Of a DNA stretch of 64,000 bases, positions 24,810-36,132 are shown in pieces (the stretch's first letter is position 1; every line of letters begins with the position of its first letter). The notes under the pieces are model-generated. The model saw only the letters and a list, made by a program, of their open reading frames with translations, had not been told where the DNA came from and made no database searches. A program made the translations under genes and the position numbers. The DNA comes from Anthoceros angustus (Eukaryota; Plantae; Anthocerotophyta): positions 620,001-684,000 of the forward strand of contig MU008157.1 in the NCBI GenBank assembly GCA_010909165.1, read 5' to 3'.

Positions 24810-27800
24810 ATGCAACACCTCAATATGGAGGTAGAAGAATCGGACATTATGGAATCTTTTTCATCCTCTAGTGCAGTGGATGATGAATTTATCTCCGAAA
24901 ATGAACCCACAAACAAGAATAAATTCATGAATTCCTACAATGGATTGTATATAGTTGATGCATCCATAATAGATGATCCACCATTTGTCAGTCCAATGTC
25001 TAGCTTCATATCCACTACTTCGTATTTGCGAAGTCGTAAAGCCCAAGGAATAAAGCTGGTACTAGGAGATATATCCATAGATCCATACTCAAAAAGACCA
25101 GATCCCGTTAACTCCATGGGGATGAACAAAGAAGATAGAGAGACCACCTCGGAGGACTCTTGGGAGAACACACCATTTATGAACGAAAGTGGTGATGATG
25201 CAAATGCAGAGGGAAACACACCATTTGTTAGTGAGAATGGTGAAGTCATAGAGGACGGATGGTCCTTCAATAATCGTATTGACAAGGGAAAAGGAATATT
25301 AGAAGATTATGAATATCCTCCTACATTTGAGGTGGGATCCAGTAGTGAGCCTTATTTTAGGGGTAACTATGGTAGTCTTCAAAATTTTGGGTTTGATGGA
25401 AATACCATCATAGATACCTTGACCACTGGACATGGAGTTGATGAGCTTGATAACCATGCATTTTTTTCTAAAGCTAGTTCAAACCATCTCGAGGAAGTAA
25501 ATGTCGATCCCCAAAGTCAGCCAAAAAATTTGGAAGCTTTTGAAAGAGATTTTAAAGCACTTGAAAGTGGTAATTATGGAGATATAATTGAACATGATGA
25601 AGACGAAGAGTTTGACATAAGCCAATTAGATGTTCAGCCACGGAGAGGAAGTATATTTGACCAGGAAAATGCAAATTTCTATGATAGAGGTCCCGTTTAT
25701 TATCCATATGGACCTAAGCCTCAAAATTCTCATGTATGATAATGTTTAAATGTCTTCATGTTGATATATTTTTAAACCCTTAGTACATATTCATAAGAAT
25801 CTAACTAATTAACTACCTACAACCAACAAAAGTACTACTATTATGAATTAACTTTTTTTTTTTACTCTACAAAAATAAATAGGTACAAGGTGCAACATCA
25901 AATCAAGCTGAAGGCAAAGGGTAAATTTATTTATTTATTTTGATATTTTTAGTGTTTACTAATGTCTCATACATTTATTGACTTGAAAAAACAATGATAT
26001 TTGAACGTGCAGTGACAATAGAACTGAAAATCAAGGTCCCAAAGGTCATGTAACTCTGGCAGATTTACGAAGAGCATCTTCTCTTGGGGCTTTACAATCA
26101 ACTATAGAGATTGCAATGTCGTACCATGGAGTAGCAATTTCATATGAAGGATTTGCAAAAAGTCATTTTGCAAACCATTATAAAGGCTTTTGGCCTTTTC
26201 GGACTATTCTACCTATCAATCAAGTTGTGCAATACACAAAGGTATAATACATTGTTGTTTAAAGAGTTTTTGGATTGAATCTTTCTTTTTTAAAATATTC
26301 ATGGATGTGAGTTCTTTTTCTCATTGTATGTATGCTTGATGTTATAGGATTTTCTCAAGAATCCGCTGCTACAAGTGTTGAAGACTTCTGCACTAAAACA
26401 TTGTGCTATAACTGTGTTTGCACGTAATTTCAGCCTGTAACCAGCAATCCTTCCTTCTCATATGTTTTAGTACTTCATATTTTTAACTTATTGATAGTCA
26501 ATTCATTAAAAACTATAAATAAATTATAATACCAATAAATATCAACTTTGGTATCTAAAAGATACTTCATTGCAATAGATATTATGGTTTATATGGGTGA
26601 TACTCCATCTAAGTATCCAAGTGTGGAGCATCTTCAACAAGTTTTATTATTAGGAATCAAGTATCGAAATCTAAGAGACGAAATTTTCTGTCAATTATGT
26701 AAACAAACAACAAGAAACCCTTCAAGGTACAATAAACAACTTAACCATCCTTTTAGCATTTGAGATGTTTATTTGTACCATGTTATTCATCATCAATCCT
26801 TCCAATGTAGTTCCACCAAACGGGGTGTACGGGGTTTCGTATATTGCTATGTTTAATGCTCAAAATGGCCTCAACCATTGTTATATTTAATGCTCAAAAT
26901 CGCCTCAACCAGGTCAAGCAATGTGAAAGGCTGGCAAGCAATGGCAGTTTGTGTGGGGACTTTTACACCCTCAAAAACTTTTCAACCTTTTCTAGAATCT
27001 CATTTTGAACAGGTTAATAATTCATATGTGCTGTAAATAGATTATTAAAAAATATTCTATTTAAAAAATAATTTCATAAAAACATAAACTATTACTTGAT
27101 AGGTAGCTCAAGGAACTGTGGAAGGGACTTATGACGAAGAAGCTGCTCAACCGACTTCATCAGAGATACAAGCAGCAGCTGCTGAACCGTTACAACCTGA
27201 GAAATCCGTGGATCCAATGACAGGATCTTTTAATGCTCCTGAAGCTGCTGCCTATTGTTTGGCTCGCTTACGTAAACTTAGTCGCATTGGTCCACGATTG
27301 TTAGTTCCTGGCGCACCTGAGATACAAGCAGTTGAGGTACAATATTAATAATAGAAACAAATTCATAAAAGATATTTGGACAGTATAACGTGTTGTGCAA
27401 TTTAAGAGATCACGTGTCATAAAATTTTCCCAAAAACAATTTTTTTTCAAATGTCAACCAAAATACTAAGTGGATCTTTCTTAATAAATCATGAAAGCTG
27501 TTTACAGAATATGGAGACTGTCATTCTACACATATATCTACCTAATGGGACATATCAGGTATCCATCATTTATGCGTGTTTTCCTAGTTCTAAAAGTTAC
27601 CAAAACCAAAGTTTATTTTTCAAAACCAATATGTTATATTGCATGTATCCTTCATCCAAGTAGGTATCAACATGGGTTTGATTGGAACCAAAAAGTGTCA
27701 TTGCAGGAAATGATGCTCGATCCTTCTTCTATAGTTGAAGAAGTGACTATGGAACTTGTGGAACACCTTGGACTATCCAATGTAAAATATTATGGAATTT

Positions 27801-29632
27801 TTGAAGATTGGGATGGAGGTATGTTTAAATATTTTTAATATAATTTTTAGAAGTAGCTTACACACCATAGTAATTAAGAATAAAAATAATCTATTTTTAC
27901 AGTACAAAAGCTTCTTGCAAAAAGGGCATTCATAATGGAAGCACATAGTGGAAAATTAATCCAAGAGCGTCCTTTCAAGAAAGGTCTCATGGGAAGGATG
28001 AAGGAAGGCATCTTAAGCATTGCAAAAGCAACTGGCTATAGAGGAGATGGTTTACAGAAGGCTTTAGAGGCCGATGTTCTTGGTAGTCTTAAAAAAAAGA
28101 TAGTTGAATTAGCAGTAAAAAATGATTTCAAAGAATATCTACCAAAACGATTCTTAAATAATTTAGAAGATTCTGAAACGCAACCAACACCACTTGATCT
28201 CTATAGAAAAAATAGTATTCCTGATCAGATACAATTGACAATTAAACCAAGTCACAATGGATCATCAAGATTTCTATTTAAGAGGAAGCTATTTATCAAT
28301 GAGTTGGCAGATTGGCCACAGAGTGTGAGAGATGAAGTGGCTGCATTTGATTACACTCAGGTAAGGATTTTTGTTTATTACGTTGTTTAATTTTATAATT
28401 ACATCTAAAAACTCAAAAATTATAATAAAATAATACTTTATATTACTATGTAGGCAGTACACGATGTGGTGACTGGTGTCTATCCTATGCCAGAAAGTGA
28501 TGCATTGATGCTGGCTGCATTACAATTGCGAACGGATTCGGTTTTTCATCAAATGTCTTCGGACCTTCTTGAGTAAGTTTTTTTTTGTTTGTTGAAGCTT
28601 GCATGATTTATATTTATAAATTCTTGAAAAAATCAACTCAAACTATATCCTGATTTGTGCTTTATGTTAACAGCAGTGTAGATGTTCAAAAATACGGGCC
28701 CATAGAATATGTGTCAAATAACGAGGCTGAATGGCGAGAAGCAATTTTGAAAACTTATGATGCCCTTCCACTCACAAACGACTTGGCTATTTGTAAAAGT
28801 GATTACCTTAAGTACTTACAATCTCGATGTCCACTCTATGGATCAACTTGGTTTTATGTTCAAGTAAGCTATTGTTACAACTAGTGTTTTCAGATACAAA
28901 AACTTGATCTTTTTTTCAAGATAAAAAGGTTACTTGTAATTTATTACAACTAGTGTTTTGAGATAGAAGTTTACTTTTTCTCAAGATTGATAAGTTACTC
29001 ATAATTTATTTTCTTTGCCTGTTCTTACCAGCAAAAAGTTGATCCACGTTTGCCTAGCGAGTTGTTTATAGCTGTAAATGCATTAGGTGTATCTTTTGTT
29101 CAAGTTGAATCAAAGGCAAGTGCATTTGTTTAAAAATAATTATTCAATTAATAATATATAATATACTTGAAAACATTAATATGATCAATTTGATCATAAA
29201 TTTCTACATGATACCCAGGAACCACTACTTTATATGCGATTTACAGAAATATGTAGTTGGGGTCATTCACCTGCTTCTTTCTCCCTTGTCACTGGAAACA
29301 TGTAGGCACTCTTATTCACTCAAAAAGTGATTTTTTATTGAGTGGCTGATGAATAGCACGAGGATTATTCATCATAGGAGTTATGTACTTATTCACTTGG
29401 AATTATTGAATATAGACTTTGACTAAGTTATTATTTGTGGTATTTTGCAGGACATATAATCAAGATCATCGGTTCCTGACAACACAAGTAGATATTATTC
29501 TCATTTATTTACATATTTTTTATAATTTAATTTTATAATTTTGGTTGAAATTAAAATATATGATGTGATATCTTGCAGGGGGCAGAAATTGGAAATATAA
29601 TTCACTTGTATGTGAATCAGTTGCAGCATTGA
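24810..29632 (+). CDS. Multi-exon MyTH4-FERM domain protein with an acidic N-terminus and no motor domain
   Basis: MyTH4 motifs IMVYMGD, LRDEIFCQLCKQTTRNPS, WQAMAVCVGTFTPS and SRIGPRLLVPGAPEIQA. FERM motifs HIYLPNG, FLFKRKLF, DVVTGVYP..DALMLAALQL, YLKYLQ..PLYGSTWFYV and LFIAVNALGV..ICSWG. The GT-AG junctions checked by hand from 25733 to 27020 keep the frame. Stop TGA at 29630-29632. Confidence 0.85.
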
Positions 29633-30099
29633 CTCCTATTGTTGATGTATTGTTGTAGTATAATATGGTAGGATTGATATCCATTTGTCATGAATTTGTA
29701 GAATATATTGGTTGTAAGGTATTTTTGTACCATATTTCCTTAGTTATCGGGCAATTGTACATTAGTTATGAGATAATAATCAAAATTGATACGAACACGA
29801 GTATTGGCACTTTTGCAAGTGTATATTATCTTGTGATAAGTTTTTTTCAATATAGGCATCCTTATTTATGTAAATACCAATTATTTTTATTTTAGGTACG
29901 ATTATGTAAGTAATCATTAATTTATATTATTATCTAATAATATTTTTGATTAATGATCAGATATAAAAATTTATTAGTTATAGGTAGGTATATGACATCT
30001 ATATGATCCTACAGTAACAACAAAATCTTTGAATGATAAGTTCGTATGCTTCCTTGATATATAAGGCTTCTATAAAAGAATGAAGACATTAAGATGCTC

Positions 30100-31400
30100 G
30101 AACTAGGTAGGGAAAACGCATTATACGAACAGAAGGATGTCTACAACATCTTGAGGATAGAGGAGCCCAAGCAGACCCATAAAGAGCATCCCATAATATT
30201 ACCTAAGCTATACATAATGAAGAAGGAAACATTCCACCTTCCTAATCCACGCTTGCACAAAGTCTAGGGCACAAGAATGAGATCCCTAGCCCATTCCATC
30301 TTGCTAACAAGGAATAGTGATGCAGCAACAAAGTCTAAAAGCTGCGCCCATGTTCCTTGCTGAAATATCTTTAGTTCCTTTAAAGTTTGAGTACCTAACA
30401 AAAACTTCCTACATATCATGCTACTATCGAGAGTCCACTTCTGGGAAGGCAATAAGATCCGTTCAAAACCCTCTCCATTATCTTCAGCCACTTCTCCTGC
30501 ACCACTAAGATAATATTTTGAAATGATTCAAGTAAAAGATTTATGAAAAAATCAATAAGTACTTAAACCTATCCAATTGCCAGTTAAACATACAATATCT
30601 ATGTACACTTGTCTTTATTCTTAATTCCATACTAAAAAAGGCGTAACATGGTAGCTGAAAACTGCTTCATACCTACATAGTCTAAGTCATCTTTAGATCC
30701 AGTGGTAAGTAGGCCCTTCCTTATTCTGATTACGATACCTTGGGGGCAGTTCATAGTTTGAGAGTAAACAATCGTGGGCTAATCCCTTCTGAAGACCTGG
30801 GGTCCTTTACAGGGTTCTTCCCCACTCCCTCGGTGTAGATGGCACTTCCATCTCTACTAATCTGTAAAGTCTTCGTTCCCTAATCATAGTCTAAGTAAGA
30901 GAAGGCCACCCATCCTATTGCTAACCATAATTAGATAAGCATATGGATTTGGACAACGTCCCCACTCCCTCGGTGTAGATGGCACTTCCATCTCTGCTAA
31001 TCTGTAAAGTCTCCGTTCCCTAATCATAGTCTAAGTAAGAGAAGGCCACCCATCCTATTGCTAACCATAATTAGATAAGCATATGGATTTGGACAACGTC
31101 GGTTTCTTTGGGATTTCTTAAACTCGGTTTTTTTAGGGATTAGCCATGGCTATTCCACAGCCAGTATGGCACGTCTTTCAACTGCTCTAACTAGGCAAAG
31201 TACCGAGATCTGGATCTGGGATGCGTCAGTCTTCAGTAGATATGTGGTTTCTCAGGGCTGATTTTGGGCAAATTTTTATCAACTTCAACTTCTCACATGA
31301 CTCTAAGTATACATTTATGACAAAAACAAAGCGGGTTTGGGGGAAGTTTCAACAAATTCCCACGATGATCGGACACGAGGGGTCTAACGAGTTTTACGGC
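30100..31400 (-). mobile_element. Highly degraded LINE (L1-like) remnant
   Basis: MEWARDLILV followed by a frameshifted LDF-like segment resembles the L1 RT motif MEWA..(x)..LDFxKAYD. Otherwise riddled with stops. Confidence 0.4.
30821..31100. repeat. 140-bp tandem duplication (2 mismatches)
   Basis: cccactccctcggtgtagat...ggacaacgtc at 30821-30960 and 30961-31100. Confidence 0.95.
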
Positions 31401-32296
31401 AACTTGAACCGGGTACCGGGTACCGGGTAGGAAGGTGCTCACTTCTAAACGAGGTGAAGATTTGTTCGTAGCTATGACTAGTCACCCTCCTCTGCTTCAT
31501 AATCTTGAGGGCAGCAACGCTTAGTTTCAAGCTGGAGTCGCATGGTCCGTTGCCAGCCAGGGCGCACTTTGACTCTCGCAGTAGCTAAACTGTCAGAAGA
31601 TTCATCGAGCACAGCAGACAGTTCAAGCAAACAAAAGGCTGCTAGCACAGCCAGCGACCACAAATGGAAGCATCCTGATTAGAGGAAAACACGGCAAGGC
31701 ATGGCAACAAGTGTTAGAAAACACAGACAATCAGGACATAACATAGGCTTTGGGGATCTGCTGCATTGCACACGGCAGACGAATTCAGCAGTAGGACAAG
31801 TAGCAGCAGGTGGGTAGAAAACGAACGACTGGATCAGTGAACGGTGAGAACCAGCACCGACAAACGTCAGCTGCTTGGAGGACACTGCCGGGATGGGTTG
31901 TTGCAGTAACTCGATGCCCGTACCTTCTTCAACAACGACCTCCTCTTCAGCTGGAGTATGCCCGCAGGCTTCAGTTCTCTAGCTTCTTGAAATGACAGTC
32001 CCAACAGGTGCAGCAGTTAGCAAGGAAGGGCCTCAAGTTGAGAAACAAAGGGCAAGCAACATGCACGAACGGCGAGGGGTTCGGCAGACGGCGGACGTAC
32101 GCAAGTCCCGTCTCATGCAGATCAAAGATGCGTGGAAACATCCGTGCTCCATTTGTTGTCTAGCATATGTGGTGGAGGGCCGACTTGCGTCGGGCCCCGT
32201 TCCAAAATTGTGGCGGGCCGACCAGGCCCCCAAAATGAAAAGAACATCTTGTGTCAGCCTCTGAGTCCAGCGTATCTAGATTCTAGATATGTTCCT

Positions 32297-35200
32297 CTAT
32301 ACAGCTATGCCTCCCAGCGACGAGTCCAGATGTGGCAGAACCTCGTTTCTCTTCAATTCGGCAAGAAGGCCTTTCAGCCTTGCATATATACCTTCACTCT
32401 CGCGATGCTTTGTATCCCCAACAAAAAAAATATGCACCAGACCGTCCATGTCAGTCCACCAGCTCTGGCCTGGCTGCTTCCATGCCCCAATGCCTATTCT
32501 CCTCATCTGCATCTCACGTGCCTCTTCCCACATCTGGGCCACGCTGTATATGTTCGACATCAACACGTATGCTATGGCATCCTTGCTGTCTAGCTTCAAT
32601 GCTTCATGAAAAGCATGACGTCCCACCTCCACGTTGCCCCACTTTCGACAACTACCCAAGAGAGTGTGCCACACTGCAGCATTAGGCAGTGCAGGCATTG
32701 TCCTTGCCAAAGCTAGTGACTCATCCAGATTGCCTGCACGACCCAGAAGATCTACCATGCATGTGTAGTGCTCCACCGTGGGAGTGATGTCATAGTGTCT
32801 CCTCATAGCCTCAAAGTACTCTCGCCCCTTGTCCACTAGACCCACATGACTACATGCTGTTAGTAGACTGAGAAAAGTGATGCTGGCCGGCTGTATGCCG
32901 GCATCTTGCATTTTGTGAAACAAGTTAAAAACTGCTTCACAGTCACCTTGACGGGTGTAGCCTGCAATCAGTGAATTCCACGCCGCGTCCATCCTATTGG
33001 GCATTTCCTCAAACACCTGCTGTGCATCAACCATGCTCCCTGACTTCCCATACATGTTTATCAAACCGATGGCCACCAGCAGATCAGCCTGAAGCCTTTG
33101 TTCTTTGATTTGAGCATGAAGCTGCCTTCCCAGATGCAAAGCTGCCACATCTGCACATGCCTGTAGGAGGCAGACAAAAGTCACAGAATTGGGAGCAACC
33201 ATGCCTTCTGCACACATAGCACTGTAAAGACGGAGGGCTTCCTGACTCATGCCTTGCTCGGAATATCCGTCTATCAGCGCAGTCCATGTCACCACATTTT
33301 TCTGACCAAGTCTGTCAAACACACCCTGTGCCTTCTGTATGCTGCCACACTTTGCATACATGTTTATCAAGCTACTGGCTACAAACGTATCAGCTTCAAG
33401 TCCTCTATCTGTAATTTGAGCATGAACCTGCTCCCCCTCCCCCAAAGCAGTGGTGCCCAAAGTTGCACAGGCTTGCAGGAGGCACACAAATGTCACAGAG
33501 TTGGGTGCAATGACGCCATCTTCTTGCATAGCCCTGTACAGATGAAGAGCTTCCTGTGCCATTCCCTGCTGGGAATATCCTGTCATCATGGCATTCCATG
33601 TGACGACATTTTTTGTACTGTTTGGACCAAGTCTGTCAAACAGACCGCGGGCATCCTCTAGGCTGCCGCACTTTGCATACATGTTTACCAAACTGCTGGC
33701 TACCGACACATCAGCTTGGAGCTCTCGTTTTCTAATTTCTGCATGAAGCTGCTTCCCCTTCTCCAAAGCCAGTGTGCCCACGGTTGCACATGCTTGCAGA
33801 AGGCAGACAAATGTTACAGAATCAGGTGCACTCATGCCTTCTTCTTGCATAGCCCCAAAAAGATGGAGGGCTTCCTGCCCCATGCCCTGCTGGGAATACC
33901 CTGCTATCATGGCATTCCACATCACCACATCTTTCTGAGGAAGCCTGTCAAACAAGCCCTGAGCAGCATTTAGGTTGCCAGACTTTGCATATCCTGTTAT
34001 GAGGGCGGTCCATGTCATCGCATTCTTTTGCTGGAGTCCGTCAAACACTTGTTGGGCGTCTTCCAAACTCCCACACTTTGCATACATGTTCACTAGGCTG
34101 CCACCTACAGCCACATGAGCCTGAAGACCTCGTTCTTTGATCTGTGCATGGAGCTGCTTTCCAGTCTCCAAAGCCGGGGAACCCACCAGTGCACATACAT
34201 GCAGGAGAGACACAAACGCGACAGAATCAGGTTCCGCGGCGCCCTCTTCTTGCATAGCTCTACACAGTTGAAGGGCTTGCCGAGCCATGCCCTGCTGGGC
34301 ATATCCTGATACCAGAGCTGTCCATGTCACCACATCTTTCTGATCGAGTCCATCGAACACCCTTTGAGCGTCTTCCAAGCTGCCACACTTTGCATACATG
34401 TCCACCAAGCTATTGAAAACTACCAAACCAAGCTCCACCCCACTGCCCAACATATCCACATGCACCTGCTGCCCAGCTCTCAAGTCCGTGGCCGTCGCAC
34501 AAGCCTGCAGCGCTGCTACAAAGACGTGGCTATCTGGTTTAACACTTGAACTGCACATCTGGTGATACAGTTGTATAGCCTGCTTGGCTTGTCCCTGTTT
34601 GAGGTGGGCAGAGATTATGGAAGACCACATGAATACATCTGGTTCTGCAACAACTGCAAACACATTCATGGCATCTTCCAACCTGGCATGAGAGGCATAC
34701 ATACGCAGGATGTGGTTGCACAAGAATGTATCCGACTCACCACCCCCTTTCACCGTCAGAGCATGTACTCGACGACCCAGAACTAGATGCCGCTGAACAG
34801 CGCAATGTTTCAGGACGGCATAGAAGAGAGACCGAGAAACACGACAGTCCGTCTGCACCAGAACTCCCAGAGCCTCCACAGCCTGCGCGAGCTGGCCCTG
34901 CTGACATAGTTGACTCACGGTGTGTACAGTGATGCGCCTTTTACATTCTGCAAGCTTGAGCCTGGCGCGGTCACAACAGTTGGATATGGGTTCACAACCG
35001 CCAATGCGCATATCCACCGACGCCAAATGGGCGTCTTCCTGGGGCTCCATGTGCCGGAAGTCGGGCGAGCTGGAGCTCTTGGTATCTTGGCTGCTATCCA
35101 AACAAAGAGCATGGCCCAGGGGATACTGTTGACACAAAAGCTCCTGCCGCCCACCTTCCCCAGCCAGACATTCCCTTTCCCTTGGGCAGGCTGGGGTCGA

Positions 35201-35398
35201 GACCTCATCATTTCCTAACAGCTCGCACCTCGATGTCAGGCCCGCCGAGCTGCACCTCTCATCCCACCCCTTCGTCGGGTCCAGAAGAGCTCTTGCACAG
35301 AGAGGCCCGGTTCCCCTGTTTGAACGAAATACAACCCGGCAAGCACGCATGAGTAGCATAAACATCCGATGCACCGATGGAGTGAAGCCCCAACCCAA
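32297..35398 (-). CDS. PLS-class PPR protein with E domains and a truncated WW-type DYW (E+) extension; candidate organellar RNA-editing factor
   Basis: Intronless 1033-aa ORF with repeated P-L-S triplets, HYTCMVDLLGRAG, and AWKQPGQSWWTD..VHIFFVGD. It ends without the HSE/CxxC deaminase motifs. The exact start codon is uncertain. Confidence 0.95.
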   Translation of the reverse strand: MGWGFTPSVHRMFMLLMRACRVVFRSNRGTGPLCARALLDPTKGWDERCSSAGLTSRCELLGNDEVSTPACPRERECLAGEGGRQELLCQQYPLGHALCLDSSQDTKSSSSPDFRHMEPQEDAHLASVDMRIGGCEPISNCCDRARLKLAECKRRITVHTVSQLCQQGQLAQAVEALGVLVQTDCRVSRSLFYAVLKHCAVQRHLVLGRRVHALTVKGGGESDTFLCNHILRMYASHARLEDAMNVFAVVAEPDVFMWSSIISAHLKQGQAKQAIQLYHQMCSSSVKPDSHVFVAALQACATATDLRAGQQVHVDMLGSGVELGLVVFNSLVDMYAKCGSLEDAQRVFDGLDQKDVVTWTALVSGYAQQGMARQALQLCRAMQEEGAAEPDSVAFVSLLHVCALVGSPALETGKQLHAQIKERGLQAHVAVGGSLVNMYAKCGSLEDAQQVFDGLQQKNAMTWTALITGYAKSGNLNAAQGLFDRLPQKDVVMWNAMIAGYSQQGMGQEALHLFGAMQEEGMSAPDSVTFVCLLQACATVGTLALEKGKQLHAEIRKRELQADVSVASSLVNMYAKCGSLEDARGLFDRLGPNSTKNVVTWNAMMTGYSQQGMAQEALHLYRAMQEDGVIAPNSVTFVCLLQACATLGTTALGEGEQVHAQITDRGLEADTFVASSLINMYAKCGSIQKAQGVFDRLGQKNVVTWTALIDGYSEQGMSQEALRLYSAMCAEGMVAPNSVTFVCLLQACADVAALHLGRQLHAQIKEQRLQADLLVAIGLINMYGKSGSMVDAQQVFEEMPNRMDAAWNSLIAGYTRQGDCEAVFNLFHKMQDAGIQPASITFLSLLTACSHVGLVDKGREYFEAMRRHYDITPTVEHYTCMVDLLGRAGNLDESLALARTMPALPNAAVWHTLLGSCRKWGNVEVGRHAFHEALKLDSKDAIAYVLMSNIYSVAQMWEEAREMQMRRIGIGAWKQPGQSWWTDMDGLVHIFFVGDTKHRESEGIYARLKGLLAELKRNEVLPHLDSSLGGIAV

Positions 35399-36132
35399 AA
35401 TCCAGCTCCAAGGGGCACGCTGGGCAAGTTACACGCATCTCTTCCATTCCGACTGGCTAGCTCATCGATCGTTGAGGTTTCTGCTGGCTCCGAGTCCGCA
35501 TACAACTTTGCAAGGTGAGCACCTGGGAGTCTGTCTGACCCTTCCTCTTCAAGTCCATTTTTCTTCTTTGATCACCACATGCACATATCTGGGATGTACA
35601 TTCATATGTATGAACATGTGATGCAGCCATGAAGGTGGTGGAGACATGCGGACCTGAGGAGACGAGAGCAGACGCAGGACTAGAATTTTAACGCCAAATC
35701 AAGTTAGACAAAACTTCTCCAAACATAGCACTAAAGCAATCCTCCATTTGTTGAAGTCTTGCGAATCTGAATGCGAGCCAAGTGGTATGAATCGTGGTTT
35801 CTCCTGATACGGCAGTGCGCTTGGCCACAGGAGCCTGCACCAATTGCATGCTACAACGCCTACTTCCAGAGAAGGGGAAGTTCCGGCACAGACTAAGATA
35901 TGTCTACGGAGTCTGTGTCTGCGAACTTCGCCACTACGACCACAGCCTCCAGAGTTCAGTTGATCTGTATGTCCGATCTCGGACAAGCCTGGAGCCATTG
36001 GGACATACCAATAGACGAAATTGTATTTGTTCATGTCTGCCCTCTGAAAGAATTTCTCGTCCTATTTACAAATATGATCTCGAGGGACAAAGGACAGACA
36101 ACTCGTGAGTAGGTGTGAAGAAGCTCCATGGA

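Noticed and set aside
24810-25739. Independent single-exon 309-aa acidic protein
   Set aside because: Its end (CAT|GTATGA) is a good splice donor that joins in frame to the downstream MyTH4 exons.
24810-29632. KCBP/ZWICHEL kinesin
   Set aside because: The reading frame stops right after FERM F3, and no coiled-coil or kinesin motor exons are visible downstream.
31430-32290. Small protein genes in ORFs 31478-32264
   Set aside because: No motifs or splice-consistent model.
31900-32296. Downstream DYW deaminase domain for the 32297..35398 PPR
   Set aside because: The minus-strand frames inspected show no HSEK, KNLR or CxxC motifs.
33084-34932. Recurrent His/Cys-rich ORFs antisense to the PPR genes (also at 55.3-63.7 kb)
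   Set aside because: They are shadows of the repetitive PPR codon pattern.
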